Shown here: positions 24,161 to 37,376 of the stretch, piece by piece
Layout: the number at the start of each line of letters is the position of its first letter
Position numbering within the stretch: the first letter of the stretch is position 1
Assembly (NCBI RefSeq): GCF_006345805.1
Contig: NC_042997.1
Location: 90,272,001 to 90,336,000, forward strand
Reading direction: 5' to 3'
Origin: Octopus sinensis
Lineage: Eukaryota
DNA length: 64,000 bases
Made by a program: the position numbers and the translations under genes
Notes under the pieces: generated by a model
Seen by the model: the letters and a program-made list of their open reading frames with translations, nothing else
The model's database searches: none
Told to the model about the DNA's origin: nothing

Positions 24161-26000
24161 GCAGCAACAGCAGCAGCAGCAGTAGCAGCAGTAGTAATAG
24201 TAGTAGTAATAATAGTAGTAGTAGTAGTAGTAGTAGAAATCTTTTCTACTACAGGCACAAGGCTTGGGATTTTGTACGGAGGGGCTATTCGATTACATTG
24301 ACCCCTGCGCTCAACTGGTTCTTACTTTATCGACTCCGAAAAGATGAAAGACCTCGGCGGAATTTGAACTCAGAATGTAAAGCCGGACAAAACGCCGCTA
24401 GCCTTTTGTCCGGTGTGCTAACGATTCTGTCATTTCACCATCTTAGCAATGACTACAAATTTGGATTGAGAAAATTTGTTGATTAAATTTAGATCGAGGA
24501 GATTAGTCGATTAAATCAACCCATAACTTATATAAAGTACCAGTGCTTGACTAGTACTTTACTTTATCAATCCTGGAAGGATAAAAATCTAAGTATACTG
24601 TGGCAAGATTTGAACTCAGAATATAGAATCATTACAAAATGAACTTATGCATTTTGTCTGATGCTCTAACTATTCTGCCTTACGTTTGACAACATAAAGA
24701 AGCTATTTTATGGTGCCAAAACTGAAGGAAAATTTGAAAAGAAATTCAAATATGGATGCCAGAAAAATATGTTCTGTGTATCACATGAGATATACAGGAT
24801 AGGAAAAGGATTAATAAACATGCTGTATTTTCTTGAATGAAGAGTGAATCCCGAAACGTTAGAATTCTGCTATTTCTTGTTACACAAGTTTATTCTATTT
24901 TAAAGTGTTTATTTTTGAGCAACCCCCCACCCCCCCAAAAAACTCAGAGTAACTTAAACGCTATGATGGCTGTGGAACTTTTATAGTTACATACATTTGA
25001 TATAAATATGAGTGTTTTGGATCTCATTACTCTTTATTTCATCGTTATATGCAAATTCCTCAAACAGGCTGTTATCAAACATATATTATATATTATGTTA
25101 ATAACAATAGGTACTATATTTAAACCATAACATCACGAATAACGTACCCTCTGTCGTTAATTAAAATTACTATGCCGACTTCATTCTGTTACTGTAAAAC
25201 GCATAGGCATACAACTTCAAATATGTTTCTTATCTTCCAACAAACATCTATTGAAAAAGTATATCTTTCTCCTCTATCGGGTTTCATCTGTTGCCATACA
25301 CTGCAGATGACATAAGGAACTATTTTCATTCTTCACTTTTATACTGAATGTAAAATGTGCATTTTCCAGAAGAACCGACATTTATTTGCTCGCCTTTCGT
25401 GTTTAATTAGCTGCAATTTATAGCAGCCCCTTTTGCTACCCTTAAGCTTTTTGCTTGCCGTGTGTGAGGTTTTCCTTCAATTTTCAGATATGTTCGTAGA
25501 TGTAGGCGAAACATAGCATGAGAGAAACAACAGCAATATTATCTATCACTTTCAGTTCACACATCTACTAGATAAATACTGACAACGTACTTAAAACGTA
25601 TGTTGCCCTAGGAAGCTGAGCTGTGGCGATTCAAACACCGTTTGCTATATAGATTCCAGCAGCTACAGAGAGACAGCGCGTCAGAATATATACTCAAACA
25701 TACACATAAATATACATTATTACACATATGTTTACATATACATATCCATATACGTATGAGTGGTGTGTGTGTGTGTGTGTGTGTAAATATATCAGCTTCG
25801 GTTGACGAAAGAGTATGCATGTGTAAATATATGCGAATACATACATATTTAATCAAATATGTATGCATATATAATAATATATCTATTCATAAATAAATAC
25901 GAGTCTTTCTACTTACCCGCCAACCCATCCACTTGCCTGCCTACCTACCTACCTACCTACCTACCTACCTACAACCTATCTGAAAGCATATAAAACAAGC

Positions 26001-26037
<37 letters not shown>

Positions 26038-26261
26038 TTATACACACACACACATACACAAACACATGTATTGTGAACTCAAGCATATGGATGCATATAC
26101 ACGTACGTCACACACACATGCACATACAAATTATATGAATATAATAATATATATATATCACACACACATACACATATATATATACATATATATATACATA
26201 TATATACATATATACACACATATACTGGTCTCGTGTTTCTTATAGCAGCAGCAGTAGCAGT

Positions 26262-26312
<51 letters not shown>

Positions 26313-26677
26313 TAAAAAGAACAACAACAAAAACGACTAAAACAACGACGACGACAACGAATCCGATGGCGAGAACGACAACAACAACAACTCAACAAAG
26401 ACACCAGCAAAAGCCAATAAAAAAAGAAGAAAAAGAGTAAAGTAAAGAAAAAAGAAAAAAAAAGGAGTTGCAATACGACGCTTTCATATATTGCCGCTGT
26501 AAACAGCAATAGAATTTCTTCAGCAGACGGAGACTGTCGAGTGTGCTATCTTTTGTAGTCTCAGTGACACGTTCAGCCACTAACTATTTCATTTCGACTG
26601 TCGGTCAACACATGATAAGCTTTTTGCCTTAATAGAAGCTCAGGCTGGCTGATGGAGATCTGTGATCTAATTGGATT

Positions 26678-26736
<59 letters not shown>

Positions 26737-26762
26737 TAGATATATAGATATATATATATGCA

Positions 26763-26804
<42 letters not shown>

Positions 26805-27034
26805 TGTATGAGTGAGTGTATGCATATTTATGTATGTACACACACACATATATATATATGTGTGTGTGTGTGTGTAATATAATATTTATGTGTGTGTGTG
26901 CGCGCGTGTGTATCAGTGTGTGTGTGGTGTGGGCATGTTAGTGTTTGTATGTGTGTATTTTGTACATTTACTTTGTGGAGGGAGAAAGAATCGTATGAAT
27001 AGTTTAGGTAGGTAAGTGCATACTCTTTGCATGC

Positions 27035-27036
27035 AC

Positions 27037-27069
<33 letters not shown>

Positions 27070-27091
27070 TAATAATAATATAATAATAATA

Positions 27092-27123
<32 letters not shown>

Positions 27124-27140
27124 TAATAATAATAATAATA

Positions 27141-27186
<46 letters not shown>

Positions 27187-27203
27187 TAATAATAATAATA
27201 ATA

Positions 27204-27237
<34 letters not shown>

Positions 27238-27293
27238 TAATAATAATAATATAATAATAATATAATAATATGATAATAATAATAATAATAATA

Positions 27294-27333
<40 letters not shown>
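27035..27333. repeat. (AAT)n microsatellite of about 300 bp with periodic ATAT interruptions
   Basis: Direct reading; related blocks at about 2145-2242, 24040-24237 and 52942-53075. Confidence 0.95.
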
Positions 27334-27335
<2 letters not shown>

Positions 27336-28047
27336 AAAAGTCATCAGAGTGGTGATGCATACCCTACGTGCAGATAAATTTTTTTCGCGAATTATGGTGT
27401 AGCTAACAATGCGTTGCTTACTCATGCTTTTCAATTGAACTGAATTAAGTTTTTTTGTTTTTTAAGCATCAGTAGCATAGGTATTTATACTCCGCTGAAA
27501 TCTTAAAAATCAACTCATAAATAAGCGAAATCCTCGAATCCATCAGTGTACACGCAAATACACGCGCGCGCTTACACACACATACACACTCCCACACACA
27601 CACAAAGTCGCACATGTATGTATGTCTGAACCCACACGTGTCTATGAGCATTGGTACACCATGATCTATACACTCACAGACGAGGGTCGATTCATATGAA
27701 AAAGAAAGTGAACAAAATAATATGACCACTTGCTTGTCGGGAAATTAGTAAGTTCGATTAAAAATTTTTTTCTTAAGTATCACCATTATAGGTCTTCATA
27801 CTCCGGTGAAAATAAGAAATGAAATCGTAAATAATATGACTACTTGCTTATCGAGAAATTTGTAAGTTCGATTAAAAATATTTTTTTAAAAAGATAATCA
27901 AACCAAATGTTACTCATTTCGAGCCACTCACCCAATGAGTATTTCTGCCAAATGTGGTGAAAATCCGTTTAACCGTTTTCCAGTCATTTTGCAAACATAC
28001 AAAGATGAGAATTACAATACCCTGCTCTCGATCGCGCGCGCAGAGTA
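27334..28047 (+). mobile_element. Helentron-associated non-autonomous element (HINE/DINE-1/pearl-like)
   Basis: 5' GTCATCAGAGTGGTGATGCATACCCTACG; ATACCCT repeated near the 3' end; internal tandem units about 115 bp apart (27716-27770, 27830-27885); CCAAATGTGGTGAAAATCCG..AAACATACAAA block; 3' stem TACCCTGC..GCAGAGTA; sits in (AAT)n. Confidence 0.65.
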
Positions 28048-28117
28048 ATAATAATGGCGAGGCGAAGAAAAAGAAGTATATATGTATGTTTATATATTTA
28101 TAAGCACCTGTAAGATA

Positions 28118-28420
28118 TATCTGTAAAATAATATGTGACAATTATTCAATAGCCAAGATAAAACTCTGAGTTTCGGCTGCCGAGGTGGAAATCCACAACA
28201 CCATCTCTTCGGTTATCTGGCCAGATAACCGAAGAGATGGTGTTGTGGTTATCTGGCCAGATAACCGAAGAGATGGTGTTGTGGATTTCCACATTGGCAG
28301 TCGAAACTCAGAGTTTTATCTTGGCTACTGAATAATTGTCACATATTATTTTACAGATAAATTCCTCTATTTACATAATATTGAGATTTCTTTCTTTCTT
28401 TTGATAGCTTACCGTTTTTA
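28118..28420 (+). mobile_element. Loop-less palindromic mini-element with hammerhead-like motifs on both strands; PLE-type
   Basis: Arm 28118-28220 mirrors the sequence running to 28359. The apex GGTTATCTGG|CCAGATAACC is a perfect palindrome, and the 36-nt apex unit is tandemly duplicated (28211-28246, 28247-28282). A unique tail of about 60 nt runs into (TA)n. Confidence 0.85.
28255..28326 (+). ncRNA. Hammerhead-like motif with U4>C core variant
   Basis: GGCCAGATAA-CCGAAGA-[GAT..TGTGG-attt-CCACA..GTC]-GAAA-CTCAGAG-TT-TTATCTTGGCT: 10-bp stem I with one bulge; same stem III as 12690-12740; core CCGAAGA instead of CTGANGA. Confidence 0.55.
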
Positions 28421-28770
28421 CCAATATATATATATATATATTATATATATATATATGTGTGTGTGTGTGCAAATATAAACACACATTCATATGTAAATAA
28501 ATAAATAGATAGATAGATAGATAGATAGATTGATTGATTGGTTGATCAGAGTAAGAAAATGGAATTTACAATATGCTTTATTCATGTGTACGACAATTTT
28601 TCGATTTAGCCCGCACCCGTACCTTACAGGTGAGATGCTGTACAACCAATTGCCTTGCATCCCAGGTGAGGTTTTGGTTTTTTTGTCTTCGCCATTTTAC
28701 TTAGCTCTGTATCAACACATATCTAAGTAGCTTCTGCATTTTAGTAATTCTCATAGAAAACTGAGAGAAG

Positions 28771-28820
<50 letters not shown>

Positions 28821-29692
28821 ATGTATGATGTCTGTATACATATAAACATATATGCAACGGATTGCTTCAAACTGACATGTATCTTCAATGCAAATATTGG
28901 TGTATTTATTATATCATATTATGCTGTGCATGTCAAGAAAAGTAATGTGTTTAATATAGAAAGTCAAGAAATTTGCTATATCATTTTATTGACCGAAAGT
29001 TAGTGAGCTATGAATAAATTAAAAATAGTAAGGGAAGGTATTTGTTTCTTATTTTTTCGTCTTAAAAGCACGGGATCATTTGATGTGGAATGCAAATATT
29101 GGGTTAGATTCCTTTTGAAGCACTTTCATTTAGACTCTTTCTCAGTATCAGCAACTTTGTGTATATGCCAAAGTTTATTTCCCACAGGGAAGCTATGATG
29201 GGGCTGAAATATCGATATTATTCTTTGAACTCAGGGCGCAAAGAGTCGGAACAAATACTGCAAGGTGTCTATGACTTTAACGTCTCTGCCAATGTATCCC
29301 TTATGATAGAACTAAACTCAGCAAAACTTTTATGAACTTATTCAAATTATCTAGTCTTAAAATTACAATAAATACAAATGTAAAAAAGTAGTAAATTACT
29401 CCATATAAGTAAATACCATCCACATCTTAAACTGAATGAAAATACAATTTACATAAATATCGGTTCCAATCACCCAGCTGCAATCAGTAAAAATATCGTT
29501 AACAATATTAATAGCTGCATCTCCAATCTATCATCATTTAAGAACATTTTCTAATTCTCCAAGGCTGAACCATAATATAATATAATATAATATAATATAA
29601 TAATACCTTGAGGAGATCTGGCTTCAGCGACAATTTAGATTACACACAACCTTCTTCAGCTAGATTCATCAAATGCTAGAACAGGGAAATAA

Positions 29693-30760
29693 TATAATTC
29701 AACCCGCCATTCAGTTTAAATGTGGCTACAGACATAGTTAGATGTTTCTTAACCTTGATAAATGCACATTTTTCTGCATTCAATACGTAGGAATTTCGTT
29801 AAAGTAAGCTTGGCATACATTCGAAATATTGTATAATCTATAAGAAGTGCTTCGAGAGAGAGCCGGTGTACAGAGCAGAAGATACAGACGTGAACAGCAC
29901 AAAGAGAATATATATATCGACCTTACCGAAAACACTTTCAAGGTCTAGTTTAGACGGTACACGTATTCGTTACAACATAAGAATTCTACCTCATTATCAA
30001 AATATATCTTACAGGTGAAAGATCAAAAATTGAAAATCTTCCAATTTGGTGGAGAACAGCCGCAAAAGCAAATAAATACGATGGGTTGTAGCAACTAATG
30101 CAAATTCTATATTTCTGAAAGGCTTAACATATTGACTGTACCTACCAATATTCTTTCTAAACAGAAAGCAAGAGACCAAGAAATTCAAATTACAATCTTT
30201 TGAACATATTCCTATGTCGGTTATATTCAGGTTACAAGCTGGTTAAACACCTGACTCAACTTGGGATAGCATCCAGAAATCTCAACATCTATATCCAAGC
30301 ATTCACAGCTTATCTCCCATCTCCCTTGTGCCCCTTTTCACATCATTGCAATGTCTTCTCATCCTTACTTTCCTTTGATTTTCTTTCTTTTTTCCTTCCG
30401 TCTTCTTTCCTTTCCTTCAATTTATCCTCACTTTCATTTCTTTCTCTCCTCTTCCAATCCTGTTTCCTACTCCCGTATTCCTTCATTAATTCCACACTCT
30501 ATTGAAAGTAAATTCTTTGTTTATGAGCGTATCTGCTATCTGAAAACTTATCCCGTCTTACTAAAAGCATTGTCATAAGCTTTTACATATACATTCAAGA
30601 TTGGACATGAACGTCATATACTATAGCTCTTCGAGTGGACTAACAAGATGCATACGAAATTCTTATGTACTGAATGCAGAAATATGTGCATTTATCAAGG
30701 TTAAGAAACATCTAACTATATCTGTAGCCACATTTAAACTGAATGGCGGGTTGAATTATA
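29693..30760 (+). mobile_element. 5'-truncated Penelope-like element with degenerate GIY-YIG and an inverted copy of its 3' end at the 5' boundary
   Basis: 29845-30165 translates with frameshifts as KCFEREPVYRAEDTDVNSTKRIYI/IDLTENTFKV*F..HKNSTSLSKYILQVKDQ/IWW..ANKYDG/C..ISERLNIL. 29693-29799 and 30654-30760 are 107-bp inverted repeats with about 5 mismatches. Confidence 0.75.
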
Positions 30761-31331
30761 GTAAGATGCAGGTTTAGTCTTTCCTCATGTGCAATTCACG
30801 AGGAGGAATAGTGGGGGAGCATCATAGTCAGGTGTTGAGAAGAATTCTTTGGGGTTTGATAATGTGCTTTTGGAACGTACATGAAAATGATAAATATTTC
30901 TTCATACTGACAGACACAAGCCACATTTAATAGCGACATTGAAAACACAACCTCAATCTAGGTTCAATCAGTAAAGATAGGTTTATAAACGATCACACAC
31001 ATACACGTACGCGCGCGTGTACGTACACACATGCACACACACACACATACATATATTTCTTTCATTTGTAACATGTGTCTTCATCACTATAAGTTTTCTA
31101 TCTTAGCATTCAACTCTAACTCGTGAGAATCTTATTAACTCCACCAACGAAAAACAATGTAGTTGAAAACAAACTCATAAAGACGACAGACTAACGACTC
31201 ACTGAATCGCTAGTTTTCGGATTTGAATACCACTGGAGTCACACTCCGTTTCCTGTATAACTTTGTCAATAATATAAAGATATCCAACGTGTAAATGGGT
31301 ACAAGGGAAAGTTACACCAACGCCCAGAAAC

Positions 31332-31386
31332 AATACAAGCGTTGCCGACACAGACCAATACTAGTCTCTTTGGTTTCTGCCTCGTC

Positions 31387-31427
<41 letters not shown>

Positions 31428-31685
31428 ACATCTGCCAGCACCTCACAGGTTTGGTATGCTATCTTAAAATCGTCCCTTTGTGACAAAAATAATGAACAGG
31501 CCAGTTGGATAGATTAAACTGTGCTGTCTCACTTTAATTTCACTCCTATCAATTTTTCCATGTAGAAAGACTTTTCCGAAACGTTGGCAAGTCCGCTGTG
31601 CTCTCTTTTCTTGTCAGTTTTATTAACTAATACAAGCGTTGCCGACACAGACCAATACTAGTCTCTTTGGTTTCTGCCTCGTCGT
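31332..31685 (+). repeat. 57-bp exact direct repeat, each copy ending in a TA/TG tract
   Basis: AATACAAGCGTTGCCGACACAGACCAATACTAGTCTCTTTGGTTTCTGCCTCGTCGT at 31332-31388 and 31629-31685. Confidence 0.9.
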
Positions 31686-31920
31686 ATGTATATATATATA
31701 TATATATATATGTATATGTATATGTATATGGGTGTGCGTGCGTGTGTGTATGTGTGTGTGTGTTTGTGTGTGTGAGTGTGTCTGTGTGAGTGTCTGTGTG
31801 TGCTTGCGCGTGTAAGGTCGATTTACTCGATTATACATCAGAACTACTATTATTTCGTTTAAATTTCTCTTGGTTGTGTTATTTCTATACTTTCATATAA
31901 AAACAAGCATTGATATACAC

Positions 31921-31961
<41 letters not shown>

Positions 31962-32347
31962 TGTGTGTGTGTGTGTGTGTGTATTTAAGTTTAAATTATT
32001 TGAATTGAAATTTCTGACATTTTTGACGTCATGTGCGCACAAGTTTTGACAACTGTTAGTTGTCTTTCTTCACTTCTGTAACAGAAAAAAGCAAAAACAA
32101 AAATAAAAGAATGAGAAATTCTGGAAGCAGAATATAATCATAATTAATTAAATGCTTTTAAAATGAGCCCAAACCACAGACTAAGGTACATAGCAACAAT
32201 ATAATAAATACATATTTTCCACTCGGTAAAAATGAAATTTAATAAGGGAAAATAATTCAATTTACTTATTTTACGACCGTCCACGCCAATAAAGATAGGT
32301 AAACACACTCGGAAATGCATCACATTATACATAACACATGCATATGA

Positions 32348-32380
<33 letters not shown>

Positions 32381-33094
32381 TACATACATACATACATGCA
32401 TACATACATCAATACATACATACATACATACGAATGTGTATATGTAGATTCGTTTAAACACGGATACACATAACATGCATACATGCATACATGCATGCGT
32501 ACATTCATACATGCGTACAATAAACATACATATATACGAATGTATGTAAGTACATATGTACGGACAGGCGGACAGATATACATAAACGAAACACCCCACC
32601 CATATATCTGAAACTGTCAACGTGAGAAAACTCCTCAGGGGAGATAATTGTGTAATGCGGTTTTGTCATGAAATAAGAGCTAGCTTTATCTGAACATAAT
32701 CACATATAACAAACTATTAGTATCTGACTAGATTCTTGCGTGTGAAATAAACCGTAAGCATATTCAAATGTGTTCTATCAAATTTCTCTCTCTCTCTCTC
32801 TCGCTTTCAACTTCACTCATTCTTTTACTGCTTCTCCCCAACTTTCTCACCACTTCTTCCCGTCGTTCTTTTTCTTCCTCGTTCTTTGAACATGATTTTT
32901 CCTCTATCTTCGGCACGGTTTCGATCAAGCGAAGCTATCGAAGGAAACTTGTAGTTTTCAAATGCTTCACATGTAGTAAATATATTCAGCACCTTTTAAC
33001 GAGGTCTGCGAGAAATTTGTGTGAAATTTCCTTGGCGTGGTGTCAAGACTGTAAGAAACGTTAAGGAAAGAACACACACACACACACACACATA

Positions 33095-33151
<57 letters not shown>

Positions 33152-33314
33152 CACGCGTTAAATATATAAAGTGCTTTTTCGTTTTGCTAAGTAAATACAC
33201 CTGACGTCCTTCTTAATCTAAATTCCAACTCATATATATATATCAATGTTTTTGTTAACTGACTTTATATGCGTATATTTATCTTTCTACATACATGTGT
33301 GTGTGGACGCGCGC

Positions 33315-33371
<57 letters not shown>

Positions 33372-34208
33372 CATATATATATTTATTTATATATGTACCC
33401 ACACACACATATATATGAATGCATATACATATATAAACACACATGTATATCACATATGATTATATACATATATACACACATACGCATACACATGCTTCTA
33501 TTTTTTTTAAATGCCTACATATATTAAAAGAAAACATTGTGTCTATATGCATGTGCGTGCTTGTGTGTGTGTGTGCATGAGTGTGCGTGCGTGTGTTGTG
33601 TGCGTGTGTATGTGTGTGTGTGTGTGAAATAAAAAAATAAAAATGCTTTGCGCCATGCACAAACTGAAGCGGTTACTTAAAGATACTACACGTTTTTCCT
33701 CCTGGTAGTGACTAAAGTTAACGCAATATTCTAAGGAGTCTTCTGTATGTTCAGTAAGCGTTTCGAGGTCACAACTGTTTCGCCCTTTTAGTCTGTGTGC
33801 TTTATGTCTCTTTTATCTTTAAATTATTTCAGTCGTTGGACTGTGGCTATGCTGGGGCAGAAATACATCCAGCTTGAAGGGTTTAGTCGAACAAATCGAC
33901 CCCAGTACTTTTTATTTTTAAACCTATGTACTTATTCTATCGGTCTCTTTTGCTGAACCAGTAAGTTACGGGGACGGGAACACACCGATACCTGCTGCCA
34001 AGCGAGGGTAGAGCACAAAATGAAACACACACATACACACACACACAATTCGTGTTACGCGATGAATTAAAGCACGAGGAACGTTTGTATAATGGATGCA
34101 TTTCGTATAATATATTACGCTAACTAAAAACGTACGTGTTAAATGATTTCCAAATAACACTATTTGGTTTGACTTTATTATTGCAAGCGTTACATGCATA
34201 CACACAAA

Positions 34209-34283
<75 letters not shown>

Positions 34284-34784
34284 TAATTCACATATATACT
34301 TACTTACATACATATATATTATACATATACGTACATATATATACATCTAATATAATAAATGTGAAAACTAATTTCAGTGCGTCAGTGTGTCTCACTTCGA
34401 CCCCACCTCTCTCACTGTTCATTGACACTCCTACTATTGTAGGAGTGTCAATGTTGGAGTGTCATGTTGGAGTGAGAGTGATAGTAGGCATAGAGATGGT
34501 AGTAGATTGACGGTTGTGATGGTAATGGGGTGATAGTAATAGTATGATCTGTAGTTGTGATAAAGGCGGAGGTGACGGTGATGATGATGGTGGTGGTGGT
34601 AGCTGAAGCAGTCAGCAACAATGGTGTTAGTAAGCAATGTGAAAGACAGTGGTGATGGTGGAGGAGGGGAAGCGGTGAAGAGATTGATGCTGGTGGCATC
34701 AGAAGTCTGAATGGTGTGCGTATGGCAGTTGTGCTTGTGATGATGGTGGTATTGGTAATAGTGATAGTTGAAAACAATCAACAG

Positions 34785-34815
<31 letters not shown>

Positions 34816-35052
34816 AGAGAGGTTAGACAGAAAAAAGTTGTACTGACACCTGAATGGGAAGACAAAAAATCATGTTTATCATGCAGCTTTGCAATAAGTT
34901 CCAAGTCAACAAATTATATCAGTGTTTTGATGAAAATTGGTTGAAAAATATTGGTCAAGTTTAATAAATTTAATATGTACTCAATGCATGAAGTGTTACT
35001 GTGGGGCCCAAGGCTCAATGAAGAACCCTCCACAGGAGCTAATATAATATAT

Positions 35053-35096
<44 letters not shown>

Positions 35097-35577
35097 TATA
35101 TATACATAGCGTGAGTGTAGAGGGATATATTATCCAGGTGGATACCGTGGTGCCTTTCAGTTATGTTCCAAGTTGCGGTTTAACCACATCGATTAGTGTT
35201 TGACGTCTATGATTATTATTACGTGTGTGTGTATGTGTATAAATCCCTTTACTGATTAGCATACACTTACACACACGTAAAGAAGCACACATGCAAAGAA
35301 ACACACACACACACACACTCTCAATCTCTCTCTCTTTTGTCTCTAGCATCGCATTCACTTCCCCTTTGTTCTTAACCATATATATCTCACAGTTACTAAT
35401 CTGACAAATCAGTGGAGACATTATGGTACTGTTGTTTGGTACTGCAGGACAATACGTATGCTCAGAAACTTTCGCCCATTTATGGTATACATTATTTAAC
35501 AATCAGTATTCGTTAATTTAACATTTAAATTCGTTTAATAATATTCCCAATCGATAGAAATTTCTTTGTTTTTTTTC

Positions 35578-36219
35578 AAACAGTTGTTCTCGCAAAGCAA
35601 ATTAAATAAAATTTGGGATTTTGCGGAGGGTCAAAATTGGTAACACAAAGAGGTCAGTGAAAACAAACAGGAAGGGCTGCTAAGCCTAAACGAGGTTGTG
35701 GTGGCGAACGAGTAAATCAAGCTTGGACAGGAGACAGATGAGAACGCTCTTCCTTGTTCCAGCTACATGACCATCGGCCATCTTTCTTCCTTCTCCTAAC
35801 TTGTGTTTCTTTCACTCTCTCCGGTGTAGCTGGAACAAGGAAGACGTGTTCTTGTCTGTCTCCTGTCCAAGCTTGATTTACGCGTTCGCCACCACAACCT
35901 AGTTTAGGCTTAGCAGCCTTTCCTGTTTGTTTTCACTGTCCTCTATGTGTTATCTATTTTGACCCGCCGCAAAATCCCAAATTTTTAATTTGCTTTGCGG
36001 CAGCAACTGTTTTATCGAAAGCGTATATTATTGTTAAATGCTCGAAATACGAGAGTAGAAAAACAGCCAACAACTGATGAAGGGTCGTTCTTTATGTTGT
36101 TTGTCTTGTTTTCCATTTGTATCTTTCATTGTTCAAAAATAGTTCATATTCCATGTACTCGTACTTCGTATTTTTTTGTTGTACACGTTTCATGACGCAC
36201 TGTGCCCGCATATGCACCA

Positions 36220-36294
<75 letters not shown>

Positions 36295-36402
36295 CAGATA
36301 GATGTCAGTATGTACATATGCGTATGTATATATTCATGTTTATATATATATATATTATTTATATTATTATATGACTGAACGCCACGCATCCTCTTCCAAG
36401 TA

Positions 36403-36410
<8 letters not shown>
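35578..36410 (+). mobile_element. Repeat family X copy with an inverted 5' duplication (arms 35578-35766 and 35825-36013, 58-nt loop)
   Basis: Direct reverse-complement match of about 190-bp arms; the + arm continues as at 11385-11725 and is followed by GCATCCTCTTCCAAGTA, as at about 11130. Confidence 0.85.
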
Positions 36411-36443
<33 letters not shown>

Positions 36444-37027
36444 ATGAGCGTGTGTGTGTGTGTGTGTGTGTGCGTGTGCGTGTAGGTGTCTGAGTGTCCC
36501 AACCCTCACCATTGTTTGACAATCGATGCTGGTGTGTTTATGTACCCGTAACTTTGTGGTTCGGCAAAAGAAAGCGATAGAATATGTACGAGGCTCACAA
36601 AGAATAAGTTCCTGCGGTCGATTTCTTCGACTAAAATCCTTTAAGACGGTGATCCAACATGGCCGCAGGCAAAAAACTGAAACAGTTAAGAGAATAAAAG
36701 AAAGAATAGAAGAATGTGCGTGTGCGCGCGCGCGCGCGCGCGTGTGTGTGTGTTCTGTTCTAAATGAGTGTCTGTCTAATGATCACAGTATTGAGTCCTC
36801 CTGTTTTCTTCGAGTGCAACATTTATTGGAACCAAAAGCATACAAACGGTCATACTCAGGTGTACATATGCACAACACATTTGCGTATCTGCAAGTGTGC
36901 GAATGTGTTTGGAGAGTAAAGAAGCAGGCGTCACCATGTGTATCTCTGTATCGTGACAAACTTGTACGTATGTATGTATGTAATATATATATATATATAT
37001 CATGGCCGTTCCTATGTTTGATATATA

Positions 37028-37116
<89 letters not shown>

Positions 37117-37140
37117 TGTATGTATATGTATGTATGTATG

Positions 37141-37180
<40 letters not shown>

Positions 37181-37318
37181 GTATGTATGTATATATATAT
37201 GTGTGTGTGTGTGTATACACATGGATATGAGTACACGTTTGGTATATATAGCCATGCCTTTACGTATTTGTGTGTCTGCAAGTGTATATCTTTGGGTGGA
37301 TATGTTATACATACACAC

Positions 37319-37376
<58 letters not shown>

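Noticed and set aside
26475-26530. Minus-strand CTGAAGA...GAAAGCGTC hammerhead-like string
   Set aside because: Stem II is plausible, but stem I does not pair and helix III is mismatched.
29693-30760. Interpretation as a TIR DNA transposon or MITE
   Set aside because: The interior encodes PLE-type GIY-YIG rather than a DDE transposase, and no clear TSD is visible. An inverted pseudo-LTR explains it better.
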